A stretch of DNA of 64,000 nucleotides from an uncultured Pelagibacteraceae bacterium (GTDB taxonomy: Bacteria > Pseudomonadota > Alphaproteobacteria > Pelagibacterales > AG-422-B15), in the NCBI GenBank assembly GCA_902526005.1, contig CABZIW010000001.1, positions 295,662 to 359,661 of the forward strand, written 5' to 3'. Position numbers and translations under genes: made by a program. Positions 33,534 through 43,832 of this stretch are shown here, one piece after another. Each line of letters starts with the position of its first letter. The stretch's first letter is position 1. The notes beneath the pieces are model-generated. The model did no database searches. It was not told the origin of the DNA and saw only the letters and a program-made list of their open reading frames with translations.

Positions 33534-34639
33534 ATCAAAACTAAATCGTCCTTATGTACCATTTCTTCTCTGTAAGAGTAACTTAGAATGTTAGCTATTT
33601 CATCACTTTTGTGTCCCATAATTTTAATACTTTCTTCTGCAGCGTAACCTGCTAACCCTATACCTATTTTATTTTGGTCGGACGACAATACTTCAATAAC
33701 ATCTCCTCTCTCAAAGTTTCCCTCTACTGACTTTACACCAGCCGGTAAGAGACTGCTTCCTTTTTTAAGTGCATCAACAGCTCCATCATCAATTATTATT
33801 TTACCTACGGGCTTCATTGTTCCCGCGATCCATTGCTTGCGTGCTGCCAAGGGGGTCTTAGTTGGTTCAAACCATGTACATGGACGTCCCTCAAATAAGG
33901 ATTTTACAGGTCTCATTATAGAACCATTAGTAATTGCTAAGTGACAGCCTGATAGCATAGCTGTCTTTGCGGCTTGAATTTTTGTCTTCATTCCACCTTT
34001 TCCGTAATCCGAAACTGATTGCCCAATCATTTTTTCAATATCTTTATCAATTTCACTTACCTTGTTTATCAATTTTACATCTTCATCAGTACTAGGATCG
34101 GCAGAATACAGGCCATTAATATTAGATAATAAAATAAGACAATCTGCACTTGTTATTTGGGCAACTCTTGATGCAAGTCTATCATTGTCCCCATATCTTA
34201 TTTCACTTGTCGCAATTGTATCATTTTCATTAACGACTGGAACAATACCTAATTTTAATAATGTATCTATTGTTCTTCTGGCATTTATTGATCTTCTTCT
34301 TTGTTCAGTATCATCTAAGGTAAGAAGAATTTGGGAAATTTTAATTTCATTTTTTTCAAAGGCACTCTTAAATGAGCCCATCAAATGTATTTGGCCCACA
34401 GCAGATACAGCTTGATTCATATCCATCTTCATATTTTTCATATCAAGATCTAAATCTTTTGCGCCCATCGCAATTGCTCCAGAAGAAACAATTATAACCT
34501 CTTTATCATTTTCTCTTAAATATTTAACATCTTCAGCAAGACTATTAAGCCATTCTTTATTAAGACTTCCCGAAGTTTCATTGAATAGAAGTGCAGATCC
34601 AATTTTGATGATAATTCTATTTGTTTGTTCTAATTTCAT
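33530..34639 (-). CDS. proB: glutamate 5-kinase (with C-terminal PUA domain)
   Basis: 369 aa. IIIKIGSALL, VIIVSSGAIAMG, NENDT. 4-nt overlap with proA. Confidence 0.93.
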   Translation of the reverse strand: MKLEQTNRIIIKIGSALLFNETSGSLNKEWLNSLAEDVKYLRENDKEVIIVSSGAIAMGAKDLDLDMKNMKMDMNQAVSAVGQIHLMGSFKSAFEKNEIKISQILLTLDDTEQRRRSINARRTIDTLLKLGIVPVVNENDTIATSEIRYGDNDRLASRVAQITSADCLILLSNINGLYSADPSTDEDVKLINKVSEIDKDIEKMIGQSVSDYGKGGMKTKIQAAKTAMLSGCHLAITNGSIMRPVKSLFEGRPCTWFEPTKTPLAARKQWIAGTMKPVGKIIIDDGAVDALKKGSSLLPAGVKSVEGNFERGDVIEVLSSDQNKIGIGLAGYAAEESIKIMGHKSDEIANILSYSYREEMVHKDDLVLI

Positions 34640-35629
<990 letters not shown>

Positions 35630-35648
35630 TTAGAAAAAAGATTTAGAT

Positions 35649-35906
35649 TTACTGTTTGGGAACAACAGAAATAAATGTTTTTCCGTTTTTTTTCTTACCA
35701 AACTTTACAAAGCCATCAACAAGCGAAAAAATTGTATGATCTTTTCCAAGGCCTACATTATCACCTGGGTGCCATTTAGTACCCCTTTGTCTAGCTATGA
35801 TGTTACCAGGTATTACAGTTTGACCACTGTATTTCTTTATACCCAATCTTCTTCCAGCTGAGTCTCTTCCGTTTCTCGATGAGCCGCCAGCTTTTTTAGT
35901 TGCCAT
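35649..35906 (-). CDS. rpmA: 50S ribosomal protein L27
   Basis: 85 aa. [24 protein letters not shown]. Confidence 0.97.
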   Translation of the reverse strand: MATKKAGGSSRNGRDSAGRRLGIKKYSGQTVIPGNIIARQRGTKWHPGDNVGLGKDHTIFSLVDGFVKFGKKKNGKTFISVVPKQ

Positions 35907-35908
35907 TA

Positions 35909-36343
35909 TTAGCTATCCTTTTTTTTCACAGTTTTCTTTTTAACTGTAGTTTTCTTTTTTGTAACTGTTTTCTTTTCAGTTTCTAATTTCGTATCACTTG
36001 CTTTCTTCACAGCTTTTTTTGAAGTAAATCCAGGTATATCAAGTGAATTAATTTTTAAAAAAGTTATATCCTGTCTATGACCATTAAGTCTTCGATAGTT
36101 TTTTCTTCTTTTCTTCTTAAATACTAAAATTTTTCTATCTCTGTCTTGTTTAACAATTTCAGCATTAACTTTCGCGCCACTGATTTGTGGAGATCCCACA
36201 GAAAATTGTTCTTTATCACAAGCGAAAAGGACATCATCGATAGTGATCTTATCACCATCTTTGCCATCAATTTTGCTCACACTCAACATAGTGTTTTCGC
36301 TAACTTTATACTGCTTTCCGCCAGTTGAAATAATCGCAAACAT
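35909..36343 (-). CDS. rplU: 50S ribosomal protein L21 with a Lys-rich C-terminal extension
   Basis: 144 aa. [14 protein letters not shown] start. The last ~40 aa form a K/T-rich tail. Confidence 0.93.
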   Translation of the reverse strand: MFAIISTGGKQYKVSENTMLSVSKIDGKDGDKITIDDVLFACDKEQFSVGSPQISGAKVNAEIVKQDRDRKILVFKKKRRKNYRRLNGHRQDITFLKINSLDIPGFTSKKAVKKASDTKLETEKKTVTKKKTTVKKKTVKKKDS

Positions 36344-36378
36344 AATAGAAATTACTATTTGATATTAAAAGTGGCCTG

Positions 36379-36406
36379 AATATAAACGTCACTTTTCTTA
36401 TGTCAA
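36379..36406 (-). promoter_or_regulatory. candidate sigma70-type promoter of rplU-rpmA-obg
   Basis: On the minus strand: perfect TTGACA (36406-36401), 16-nt spacer, TATATT (36384-36379). Lies about 35 nt upstream of the rplU ATG. Confidence 0.5.
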
Positions 36407-36508
36407 TAGCCATAATTTCAGATAAAAAAACTTAAAATCTGCGAGATTTATGCATAAAATATACATATAAATACCCTACTTAATCAGCGTTTTATCAAAT
36501 AAATAAAT

Positions 36509-37723
36509 ATGACCTTATCAATAAAACCATTCAAAGCCTTTAGGCCTTTACAGAAAAGAGTAGAGGAAGTGGTATTGCCAACTTTTGATAATTTAACGAA
36601 CAAACAGCTAAATAAAATTTTAAAAGAGTCAGAATATAATTTCTTAAACGTAGTAAGCCCAAAAGCATTTTACCCTAACATTACCAAAAAAAATTCAAAA
36701 AAGCACGCATACGAGCACTTAGAGTCTATGATTAAGAATAATATTATTTTTCAGGAGAAGGAAGAATGTTTTTATGTATATTGTTTAGATAAATATAATA
36801 AGAAGCAGTTTGGTATAGTTGCATCAATAGAGTTCAAGGAAGGGAATAATCAAATTCTGAAACATGAAGCAATATTCAAAGCACGATCGAATTCTATTAT
36901 GGAAACAATTGAACACACAAAAATGCAAATAGGTCCAGTTTATTTATCCTATAAAAATCAAAATAGCAGACACATTGATTTTAAAAAATACGAAAGAAAA
37001 AAACCTCTTTATAAATTTAAGTCGCCAGGCGGTACAACCAGATCTCTTTGGAAAGTAAGTGAAAAAAATGAAATTCAATCTTTGAGAAAGAAATTATCAA
37101 AAATTCAAAAATTTTATATTGCTGATGGGCATCACAGGTACTCCGCTATTGAAAATTTAAACAAAAAGAAAAATCTTAATAAAAATAAAAAAGAAAAAAT
37201 AAACCTTCTTGCGGCAATATTTGACGAGCATTCTGTCAATATATTGAGCTTTCATCGACTAGCGAAATTTAAAAATTTTAATCAACAAAAAATAATTAAG
37301 GCCTTAAAGAAAAAGTTTAAGCTAGAAAAAAAATTAAAATTTAAAAATCCGTGTGACCCAGGCAGTGTGATGATATATTTAAATAGAACTTGGTACAATG
37401 TTTCACTCACATCAAATAAAAAACTCTATACTAAATATGAAACTGACACTGACATAGTTGAGAAAATAATGATAAATAGTATCATCAAAAAACAATGTAA
37501 TTGTTCTTTAGTAAATTTGTCTAATATTCCTGGTAAATTTGATCATAAAAAATTAGCAAATGAAGTGGATAAAGGTGTGGCAGATATAGGATTTTTTATT
37601 TGCCCTTTACCGATGAAAAAGATAATGTCCATCGCAGACAAAGGCAAGATTGTCCCTAAAAAGTCAACTTACTTTGATCCGAAGCCTGCTGATGGCTTGG
37701 TTAATTTGCTTATGGATATTTAA
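36509..37723 (+). CDS. DUF1015 family protein (function unknown)
   Basis: 404 aa. N-terminal IKPFKAFRP and conserved ADGHHRY motif, characteristic of DUF1015. Ends 4 nt before serC. Confidence 0.78.
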   Translation: MTLSIKPFKAFRPLQKRVEEVVLPTFDNLTNKQLNKILKESEYNFLNVVSPKAFYPNITKKNSKKHAYEHLESMIKNNIIFQEKEECFYVYCLDKYNKKQFGIVASIEFKEGNNQILKHEAIFKARSNSIMETIEHTKMQIGPVYLSYKNQNSRHIDFKKYERKKPLYKFKSPGGTTRSLWKVSEKNEIQSLRKKLSKIQKFYIADGHHRYSAIENLNKKKNLNKNKKEKINLLAAIFDEHSVNILSFHRLAKFKNFNQQKIIKALKKKFKLEKKLKFKNPCDPGSVMIYLNRTWYNVSLTSNKKLYTKYETDTDIVEKIMINSIIKKQCNCSLVNLSNIPGKFDHKKLANEVDKGVADIGFFICPLPMKKIMSIADKGKIVPKKSTYFDPKPADGLVNLLMDI

Positions 37724-37727
37724 TTTA

Positions 37728-38888
37728 ATGGAAAAGCCCGCTCAAAAGCCTCATTATCCTTATTTTTCATCCGGTCCCTGCGCCAAACCTCCAGGATGGT
37801 CGTTTGATAATTTAAAAAATGCAGCTCTTTCAAGGTCTCACAGATCTGGCGCAGCTGTTAAAAAACTTCAAGAGGTAATTGATAAGTCAAGACAACTGTT
37901 GGAAATTCCTGATGACTACTTAATTGGTATTGTTCCCGCGTCTGATACTGGTGCTGTTGAAATGGCTATGTGGTGTATGCTTGGTCAAAGAGGAGTTGAA
38001 GTCTATTCATGGGAAAATTTTGGTCATGACTGGAATATAGACGCAGGAGAACAATTACCTTTAAAAGATAAAAAGTTAATTAAAGCTGAATATGGGGAAC
38101 TTCCTGATTTTTCTGATAGCAATCCTGACAATGATATTGTTTTTACATGGAATGGCACTACCGCGGGGGTAAGAATAAAAAATACTGATTGGATAAGTGA
38201 TCAAAGAAAAGGGTTAACGATATGTGATGCCACATCTGCAGTATTTTCAATGCACATGGATTGGCATAAACTAGATGTCATTACTTACTCATGGCAAAAA
38301 GTTTTAGGTAGTGAAGCTGCCCATGGTATGTTGATTTTATCACCCCGCGCGGTTGAACGACTTGAAACTTTCACTCCACCATGGCCCATCCCAAAAATAT
38401 TTCGACTAGCAAATAATCAAAAATTAATTTCAGGAATATTTTCTGGAGCAACAATAAACACTCCATCCATGATCAGCGTTGAAGATGTATTAAATTCCCT
38501 TAACTGGGGCTTAGAGTTAGGCGGTTTAAATAAATTAATTGACATATCAGAAACAAATTTAAAATTAGTTAATAATTGGATTGATAATCATGATAATTTT
38601 GAATTTCTAGCTAAAGATCCAGAGACCAGATCTTGTACTTCAATTTGTATACTTCCAAAGGATGAGTGGTTTAAATCTCTTAATGACGAAGACAAAGTAA
38701 ATTTCATGAAGGAAGTTTGTTCATTGCTTGAAAGCAATGAAGCAGGATATGATCTAAACTCCTATAAAACGGCACCACCAGGAATTAGAATATGGGGCGG
38801 TTCAACAGTTGAAAATAAAAATGTTGAACTTGTTCTACCTTGGATTGACTGGGCTTATTTAACAACTAAAGAAGCCTTTAAAAAGTGA
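37728..38888 (+). CDS. serC: phosphoserine aminotransferase
   Basis: The tracked ORF (37650) overlaps the DUF1015 gene. An in-frame ATG at 37728 gives a 386-aa protein with PYFSSGPCAKPPGW, DTGAVEMA and YSWQKVLG (PLP lysine). Confidence 0.88.
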   Translation: MEKPAQKPHYPYFSSGPCAKPPGWSFDNLKNAALSRSHRSGAAVKKLQEVIDKSRQLLEIPDDYLIGIVPASDTGAVEMAMWCMLGQRGVEVYSWENFGHDWNIDAGEQLPLKDKKLIKAEYGELPDFSDSNPDNDIVFTWNGTTAGVRIKNTDWISDQRKGLTICDATSAVFSMHMDWHKLDVITYSWQKVLGSEAAHGMLILSPRAVERLETFTPPWPIPKIFRLANNQKLISGIFSGATINTPSMISVEDVLNSLNWGLELGGLNKLIDISETNLKLVNNWIDNHDNFEFLAKDPETRSCTSICILPKDEWFKSLNDEDKVNFMKEVCSLLESNEAGYDLNSYKTAPPGIRIWGGSTVENKNVELVLPWIDWAYLTTKEAFKK

Positions 38889-39826
38889 ATAAAGTACTAA
38901 TTGCCGATAATGTTTCTGACGCTGTTTTTAAAGTATTTGATAAAAATAACATTGAATATGTTCAGAAAACTGGTCTTAGTGAAGACGAGCTTGCTAGAGA
39001 AATCGTAGATTATGCCGGCTTAGTAATTAGATCAGCAGTCACTGTAACTGATAAAATAATAAGCAGCGCTAAAAATCTGAAAGTTATTGGTAGGCCAGGC
39101 GTAGGGGTTGACAATGTTGACCTTGACTCAGCTACCAAAAATAACATCGTAGTCATGAACACTCCTCTTGGAAATGTTCAAGCAACTGCCGAACTTACAT
39201 TTTCTATTATACATGCATTAATGAGAAAAATTACAGAGGCAAATGAGTCAATGCACAGTAAAAAATGGGAGAAAAAGAATTTCATTGGATCTGAGATGTT
39301 GGGCAAAACTATTGGCATCGTAGGATTTGGGAATATAGGAAAAAAAATTTCTGAAATATCACACGCATATGGAATGAATATTCTTGTTCATAGTGCTTCA
39401 TTAAGTGATAAAGAACAAAAAAAATATAAAGTTGAAAAAGTATCTTTTGAAGAAATTTTGTTACACTCAGATATTATAACTTTTCACAATAAACTATCAG
39501 ATAAATCAAAATATATGATTAATAAAGACACTCTTAAAACAATTAAAAAAACAGCAATTATTATTAATTGTGCGAGAGGTGGAATTGTAAATGAAAATGA
39601 TGTTAAGAATGCAATTGATAAAAATGGTTTAGGAGGATATGGCTGCGATGTTTATGAGAAAGAGCCACAAACTAATAGTATATTCTCTGGTATGAAAAAA
39701 GTTGTAATGACACCTCACATCGGCGCCAGCACTGCAGAGGCGCAAGAAAAAGTTGCTATACAAATCGCAGAGCAAATGGTCGATTATCTTTTGAATAATA
39801 ATGTAGTTAACCAAGTAAACAAATAA
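38885..39826 (+). CDS. serA: D-3-phosphoglycerate dehydrogenase, short form lacking the ASB/ACT regulatory domains
   Basis: 313 aa. LKVIGRPGVGVDNVDL, NAD motif GIVGFGNIGKKI, CARGGIVNE, TPHIGAST. GTG start overlaps the serC TGA (GTGA). Confidence 0.78.
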   Translation: MNKVLIADNVSDAVFKVFDKNNIEYVQKTGLSEDELAREIVDYAGLVIRSAVTVTDKIISSAKNLKVIGRPGVGVDNVDLDSATKNNIVVMNTPLGNVQATAELTFSIIHALMRKITEANESMHSKKWEKKNFIGSEMLGKTIGIVGFGNIGKKISEISHAYGMNILVHSASLSDKEQKKYKVEKVSFEEILLHSDIITFHNKLSDKSKYMINKDTLKTIKKTAIIINCARGGIVNENDVKNAIDKNGLGGYGCDVYEKEPQTNSIFSGMKKVVMTPHIGASTAEAQEKVAIQIAEQMVDYLLNNNVVNQVNK

Positions 39827-40546
39827 ATGTCTAATACACTGATATTAATCAGACACGGTAAAAGTGTTTGGAACGTAAAAAATATTTTTACCGGATGGGT
39901 TGATGTAGAATTAGACGATTTAGGAAAAAAAGAGGCATTAAAGTCAGCATTGTTACTCAAAGAAGCTGAAATAGTTCCTTCATTTGCATTTACATCATTT
40001 TTAAAAAGGGCACAAAATACGCTTCAAATAATTCTTGAGGAATTAAATATATATAATCTTCACACAGAAACTGCCTGGGAATTAAATGAAAGACACTACG
40101 GAGCACTGCAAGGATTAAACAAAGATGAAGTTAAAAAAAAATATGGTGAAGATCAGTTTTTAAAATGGAGGAGAGGTTACAGCACACCACCACCTGCACT
40201 ACCAATTGATAGTGAAATGAATCCTAATAAAGACGATTTATATAAAGGAATAAATAATTTACCCCTAACGGAATGTTTAGAAGATACGTATGCGAGAGTA
40301 ATTCCTTACTGGGAAAATTCTATAAAACCTTTAGTACTAAAAAATACCACTATTATTTCAGCACATGGAAACAGCTTAAGAGCTCTATGTAAGTACTTGT
40401 TTGATGTATCTGATGAAGACATAACAAGCTTAGAAATACCAACTGCAAATCCACTAGTTATCAGCTTAAATAATAGTTGCAAAATTCACTCCGCAAGTTA
40501 TCTTGATGCCTCCAGAGCACAAAAATTGCCAATAATTGGCGAATAA
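39827..40546 (+). CDS. gpmA: 2,3-bisphosphoglycerate-dependent phosphoglycerate mutase
   Basis: 239 aa. LILIRHGKSVWN, NERHYGALQGLNK, WRRGYSTPPP, AHGNSLRAL. Starts on the nucleotide after the serA stop. Confidence 0.9.
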   Translation: MSNTLILIRHGKSVWNVKNIFTGWVDVELDDLGKKEALKSALLLKEAEIVPSFAFTSFLKRAQNTLQIILEELNIYNLHTETAWELNERHYGALQGLNKDEVKKKYGEDQFLKWRRGYSTPPPALPIDSEMNPNKDDLYKGINNLPLTECLEDTYARVIPYWENSIKPLVLKNTTIISAHGNSLRALCKYLFDVSDEDITSLEIPTANPLVISLNNSCKIHSASYLDASRAQKLPIIGE

Positions 40547-40558
40547 AAAGGGAAAGTT

Positions 40559-41731
40559 ATGAGTGAAGTATTTATTACATCTGCCGTTAGAACAGCCGTT
40601 GGTTCTTTTAATGGATCTTTATCGGGTATGCCAGCACACGATTTAGGCACAATAGTTATAAAAGAAACGCTTAATAGATCAGGCATTGAAGGTGGTGATG
40701 TAGATGAGGTGATACTTGGACAAGTACTAACTGCAGCAACCGGTCAAAACCCTGCTAGACAAGCATCAATAAATGCTGGTTTAAATAAAGAAACCCCAGC
40801 ATGGCTAGTTAATCAAGTTTGTGGATCTGGCTTACGAAGTGTTGCTTTGGCCTACCAATCTATAATGAATGGCGATGCAAATATTATTATTGCTGGTGGA
40901 CAAGAAAGTATGAGTCAATCCCCGCACTGTATGCACCTAAGAAATGGCACCAAAATGGGCGATGATAAGATGATCGACTCAATGATCAAAGATGGTTTGT
41001 GGGACGCTTTTAATGGATATCACATGGGAACAACTGCTGAAAATGTTGCACAACAATGGCAAATTACTAGAGATCAACAAGATGAATTTGCTTTTAACTC
41101 ACAACAGAAAGCAAGTAAAGCTAAAGCAGATGGAGTATTTAAGGATGAAATTGTTCCAGTTGAAGTCCCATCAAGAAAAGAGACAGTAGTTTTTGATAGT
41201 GATGAATATATTAAAGACAATGTTCAATTAGAAAAAATCTCATCTTTAAGACCTGCATTTGCAAAAGAGGGAACAGTTACAGCGGCAAATGCAAGTGGTA
41301 TAAACGATGGCGCAGCTGCTTTGGCAGTAATGTCCTCAGATGAAATGAAAAAAAGAAACCTTGAGCCTATGGCAAGAATTGTATCGTGGTCAAGTGCTGG
41401 GGTTGATCCATCTGTGATGGGTACAGGACCTATACCTGCAAGCAGAAAAGCTCTTGATAAAGCAGGGTGGGATGTTTCTGATTTAGATTTAATTGAGTCA
41501 AATGAAGCATTTGCCGCTCAATCTTGTGCAGTAAATAAAGAAATGGGATGGGATGTTTCAAAAGTTAATGTTAACGGGGGAGCGATTGCCATAGGACATC
41601 CAATTGGTGCGTCAGGAGCTAGAATTCTTGTAACATTATTAAATCAAATGAAAAGACAGGACGCTAAAAAAGGACTTGCCACATTATGCATTGGTGGCGG
41701 CATGGGTGTCGCTTTGTGTGTCGAACGATAG
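40559..41731 (+). CDS. phaA: acetyl-CoA acetyltransferase (thiolase II)
   Basis: 390 aa. NQVCGSGLRS (active Cys), NGGAIAIGHPIGASG, CIGGGMG. Confidence 0.92.
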   Translation: MSEVFITSAVRTAVGSFNGSLSGMPAHDLGTIVIKETLNRSGIEGGDVDEVILGQVLTAATGQNPARQASINAGLNKETPAWLVNQVCGSGLRSVALAYQSIMNGDANIIIAGGQESMSQSPHCMHLRNGTKMGDDKMIDSMIKDGLWDAFNGYHMGTTAENVAQQWQITRDQQDEFAFNSQQKASKAKADGVFKDEIVPVEVPSRKETVVFDSDEYIKDNVQLEKISSLRPAFAKEGTVTAANASGINDGAAALAVMSSDEMKKRNLEPMARIVSWSSAGVDPSVMGTGPIPASRKALDKAGWDVSDLDLIESNEAFAAQSCAVNKEMGWDVSKVNVNGGAIAIGHPIGASGARILVTLLNQMKRQDAKKGLATLCIGGGMGVALCVER

Positions 41732-41740
41732 GAGAAAATT

Positions 41741-42463
41741 ATGTCTAAAGTAGCATTAGTAACTGGAGGAACAAGAGGAATAGGTGCTGCAATATCTCTT
41801 GCTTTAAAAAAGGAGGGGTGCAATGTTGCTGCAACCTATAGTTCAAATTCAGATGCAGCAAATAAGTTTTCATCCGAAAACGGTATTGAGGTATTTCAAT
41901 GGAATGTTGCTGATGCAGCTGCATGTGAAGCGGGCGTAAAGCAAGTTGCTGATAAGCTGGGCACTGTTGACATTTTAGTGAATAATGCCGGCATTTCCAA
42001 AGCTTCAATGGCTCATAAAATGTCAGTTGAACAATGGGATGATGTAATAAGAACTGACTTAGATTCAGTTTTTTATATGACAAGATGTGTACTTGAAGGC
42101 ATGAGAGAAAAATCTTTTGGAAGAATAATCAGCATTTCTTCTATTAACGGTCAAAAAGGTGAGATGGGTCTAATAAATTATAGTGCGGCAAAAGCTGGTT
42201 TACTAGGTTATACCAAAGCATTAGCGCAAGAAACCGCTAGAAAGAATATTACAGTTAACGCTATTGCACCTGGCTATATCGATACTGAAATTCTAGCGGA
42301 TGCCTCCGAGGATTTTATGAAAAGTTTAATAGGAAAAATTCCTGTAGGGAGACTTGGAACAGTTGATGAGGTTTCACGAATAGTTACATTTCTTGCTAGT
42401 GATGAAGCGGGCTTTATAACAGGTTCTACAATATCTGCAAACGGTGGACAATATTTTACTTAA
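41741..42463 (+). CDS. phaB: acetoacetyl-CoA reductase (SDR)
   Basis: 240 aa. VTGGTRGIGAAI, NNAG, YSAAKAG. Directly follows phaA. Confidence 0.88.
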   Translation: MSKVALVTGGTRGIGAAISLALKKEGCNVAATYSSNSDAANKFSSENGIEVFQWNVADAAACEAGVKQVADKLGTVDILVNNAGISKASMAHKMSVEQWDDVIRTDLDSVFYMTRCVLEGMREKSFGRIISISSINGQKGEMGLINYSAAKAGLLGYTKALAQETARKNITVNAIAPGYIDTEILADASEDFMKSLIGKIPVGRLGTVDEVSRIVTFLASDEAGFITGSTISANGGQYFT

Positions 42464-43218
42464 AAGGAATCTTTGAGATTTCTTATATGACCGAATACTT
42501 CTTCTGGACTTTTACCCGTAAGTCCCAGTGAGTTGATCAAATCTTCATCATCTGCCTTTAAGAAAATATTTAATCTCTTTTCATCCCCAATTGTAGATGG
42601 AATAGATGGTATGTTTTGTTTATCTAGGCTTTTCAGACGATCCATTTTTGATTCTATTTCATCCGACGGGTAAATAGAGCTTATAAAATTTCCATTACTT
42701 AAAGTATATTCATGGCCACAGTAAATTTTTGTTTCATCAGGTAGATCCCTTAGTTTTGTAAGAGATTTCCACATCATTTCTGGTGAACCTTCAAAAAGTC
42801 TACCGCATCCAAGTGAAAATAGCGTGTCACCAGTAAAAACAAGTTTTAGGGATTCAAAATAAAAAGCGATGTGGCCCGTAGTATGCCCAGGTATTTCAAT
42901 TATGTGAGCTTTGTGTTCATCAAAATTCCAAATATCACCCTCTGAAACTTGTATATCAATTCCTGGTATTCTCTCAAAATCTTTTTTGCTGCCAACTATT
43001 TTGCATCCATACTTTTCTTTGAGTTCAAAATTTCCTCCTACATGATCAAAATGATGATGAGTATTAAGTATGAATTTTAAATTAAGTTTGTGTTCATTTA
43101 GAACATCAATTACAGGACCTGCTTCAGAAGGATCAACAACAAATGCATCCCCATTTTTATTTGAGTATATATAAGCATAATTATCGCTTAAGCATTTAAC
43201 AATAAGTATTTCATTCAT
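42460..43218 (-). CDS. gloB: hydroxyacylglutathione hydrolase (glyoxalase II)
   Basis: 252 aa. Metallo-beta-lactamase motif THHHFDHVGGN, PGHTTGHIAFY. Confidence 0.88.
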   Translation of the reverse strand: MNEILIVKCLSDNYAYIYSNKNGDAFVVDPSEAGPVIDVLNEHKLNLKFILNTHHHFDHVGGNFELKEKYGCKIVGSKKDFERIPGIDIQVSEGDIWNFDEHKAHIIEIPGHTTGHIAFYFESLKLVFTGDTLFSLGCGRLFEGSPEMMWKSLTKLRDLPDETKIYCGHEYTLSNGNFISSIYPSDEIESKMDRLKSLDKQNIPSIPSTIGDEKRLNIFLKADDEDLINSLGLTGKSPEEVFGHIRNLKDSF

Positions 43219-43220
43219 AT

Positions 43221-43832
43221 TTAATCCTTTGAAACTAAAAAAAGTCCGACTTCATTAAAGTAGCTATCAAGAAAATTTTTTCCACTAAAATTGGAAAGTT
43301 TTTTATTAGAAAGATCACCTTTCTTTTCAATTTTGATTTCTAACTCCTCACATAAATCAATAAAATCATTAATTGTACAAAAATGTAGATTTGGAGTTTC
43401 ATGCCATGAATAACTTAGTTTCTTGCTTACTGGCATTTTTCTATTCAACAATAAACTAGCCCCAATCTTCCAGTGGCCAAAATTCGGAAAGGATATAATT
43501 GCTTTTTTAGAAATTCTAACCAATTGCTGCATTACTGTTTTAGGACTTTTTGTAGCTTGTAAAGTATAAGTAAGTATTGAATAATCAAATAACTTATCTG
43601 GATAATCATACAAATCAGTATCTGCATCTCCTTCAATTACTGAAATGCCTTTGGCTAAACAAAGCTGAACCTTTTTTTGATCAATTTCCATCCCGCGACC
43701 ATCAATATTTTTATACTTTCTCAAATATTCCAACAAAGACCCATCATTGCACCCAACATCAATAACAGAAGCATTGTTAGGAATTAGCTCAGCAATTACA
43801 CCAAAATCTTTGTTCTCGTTTATTAAGCTCAT
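43221..43832 (-). CDS. metW: methionine biosynthesis protein MetW
   Basis: 203 aa. VIDVGCNDGSLLEYL, SFPNFGHW. 4-nt overlap with metX. Confidence 0.88.
   Translation of the reverse strand: MSLINENKDFGVIAELIPNNASVIDVGCNDGSLLEYLRKYKNIDGRGMEIDQKKVQLCLAKGISVIEGDADTDLYDYPDKLFDYSILTYTLQATKSPKTVMQQLVRISKKAIISFPNFGHWKIGASLLLNRKMPVSKKLSYSWHETPNLHFCTINDFIDLCEELEIKIEKKGDLSNKKLSNFSGKNFLDSYFNEVGLFLVSKD

Noticed and set aside
36435-36449. Small hairpin aaatct-gcg-agattt in the rplU upstream spacer, considered as an L21-leader-like element.
   Set aside because: It is a 6-bp A/U-rich stem with a 3-nt loop, lying upstream of the candidate promoter rather than in the leader. It bears no resemblance to known r-protein leaders that I can recall.
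39827-40546. The gpmA-like gene after serA as a histidine-phosphatase-type phosphoserine phosphatase.
   Set aside because: The protein keeps the full canonical dPGM sequence pattern along its length (RHGKSVWN, NERHYGALQGLNK, WRRGYSTPPP, AHGNSLRAL). Ordinary phosphoglycerate mutase is therefore the parsimonious call, and it fits the operon by supplying 3-PG.
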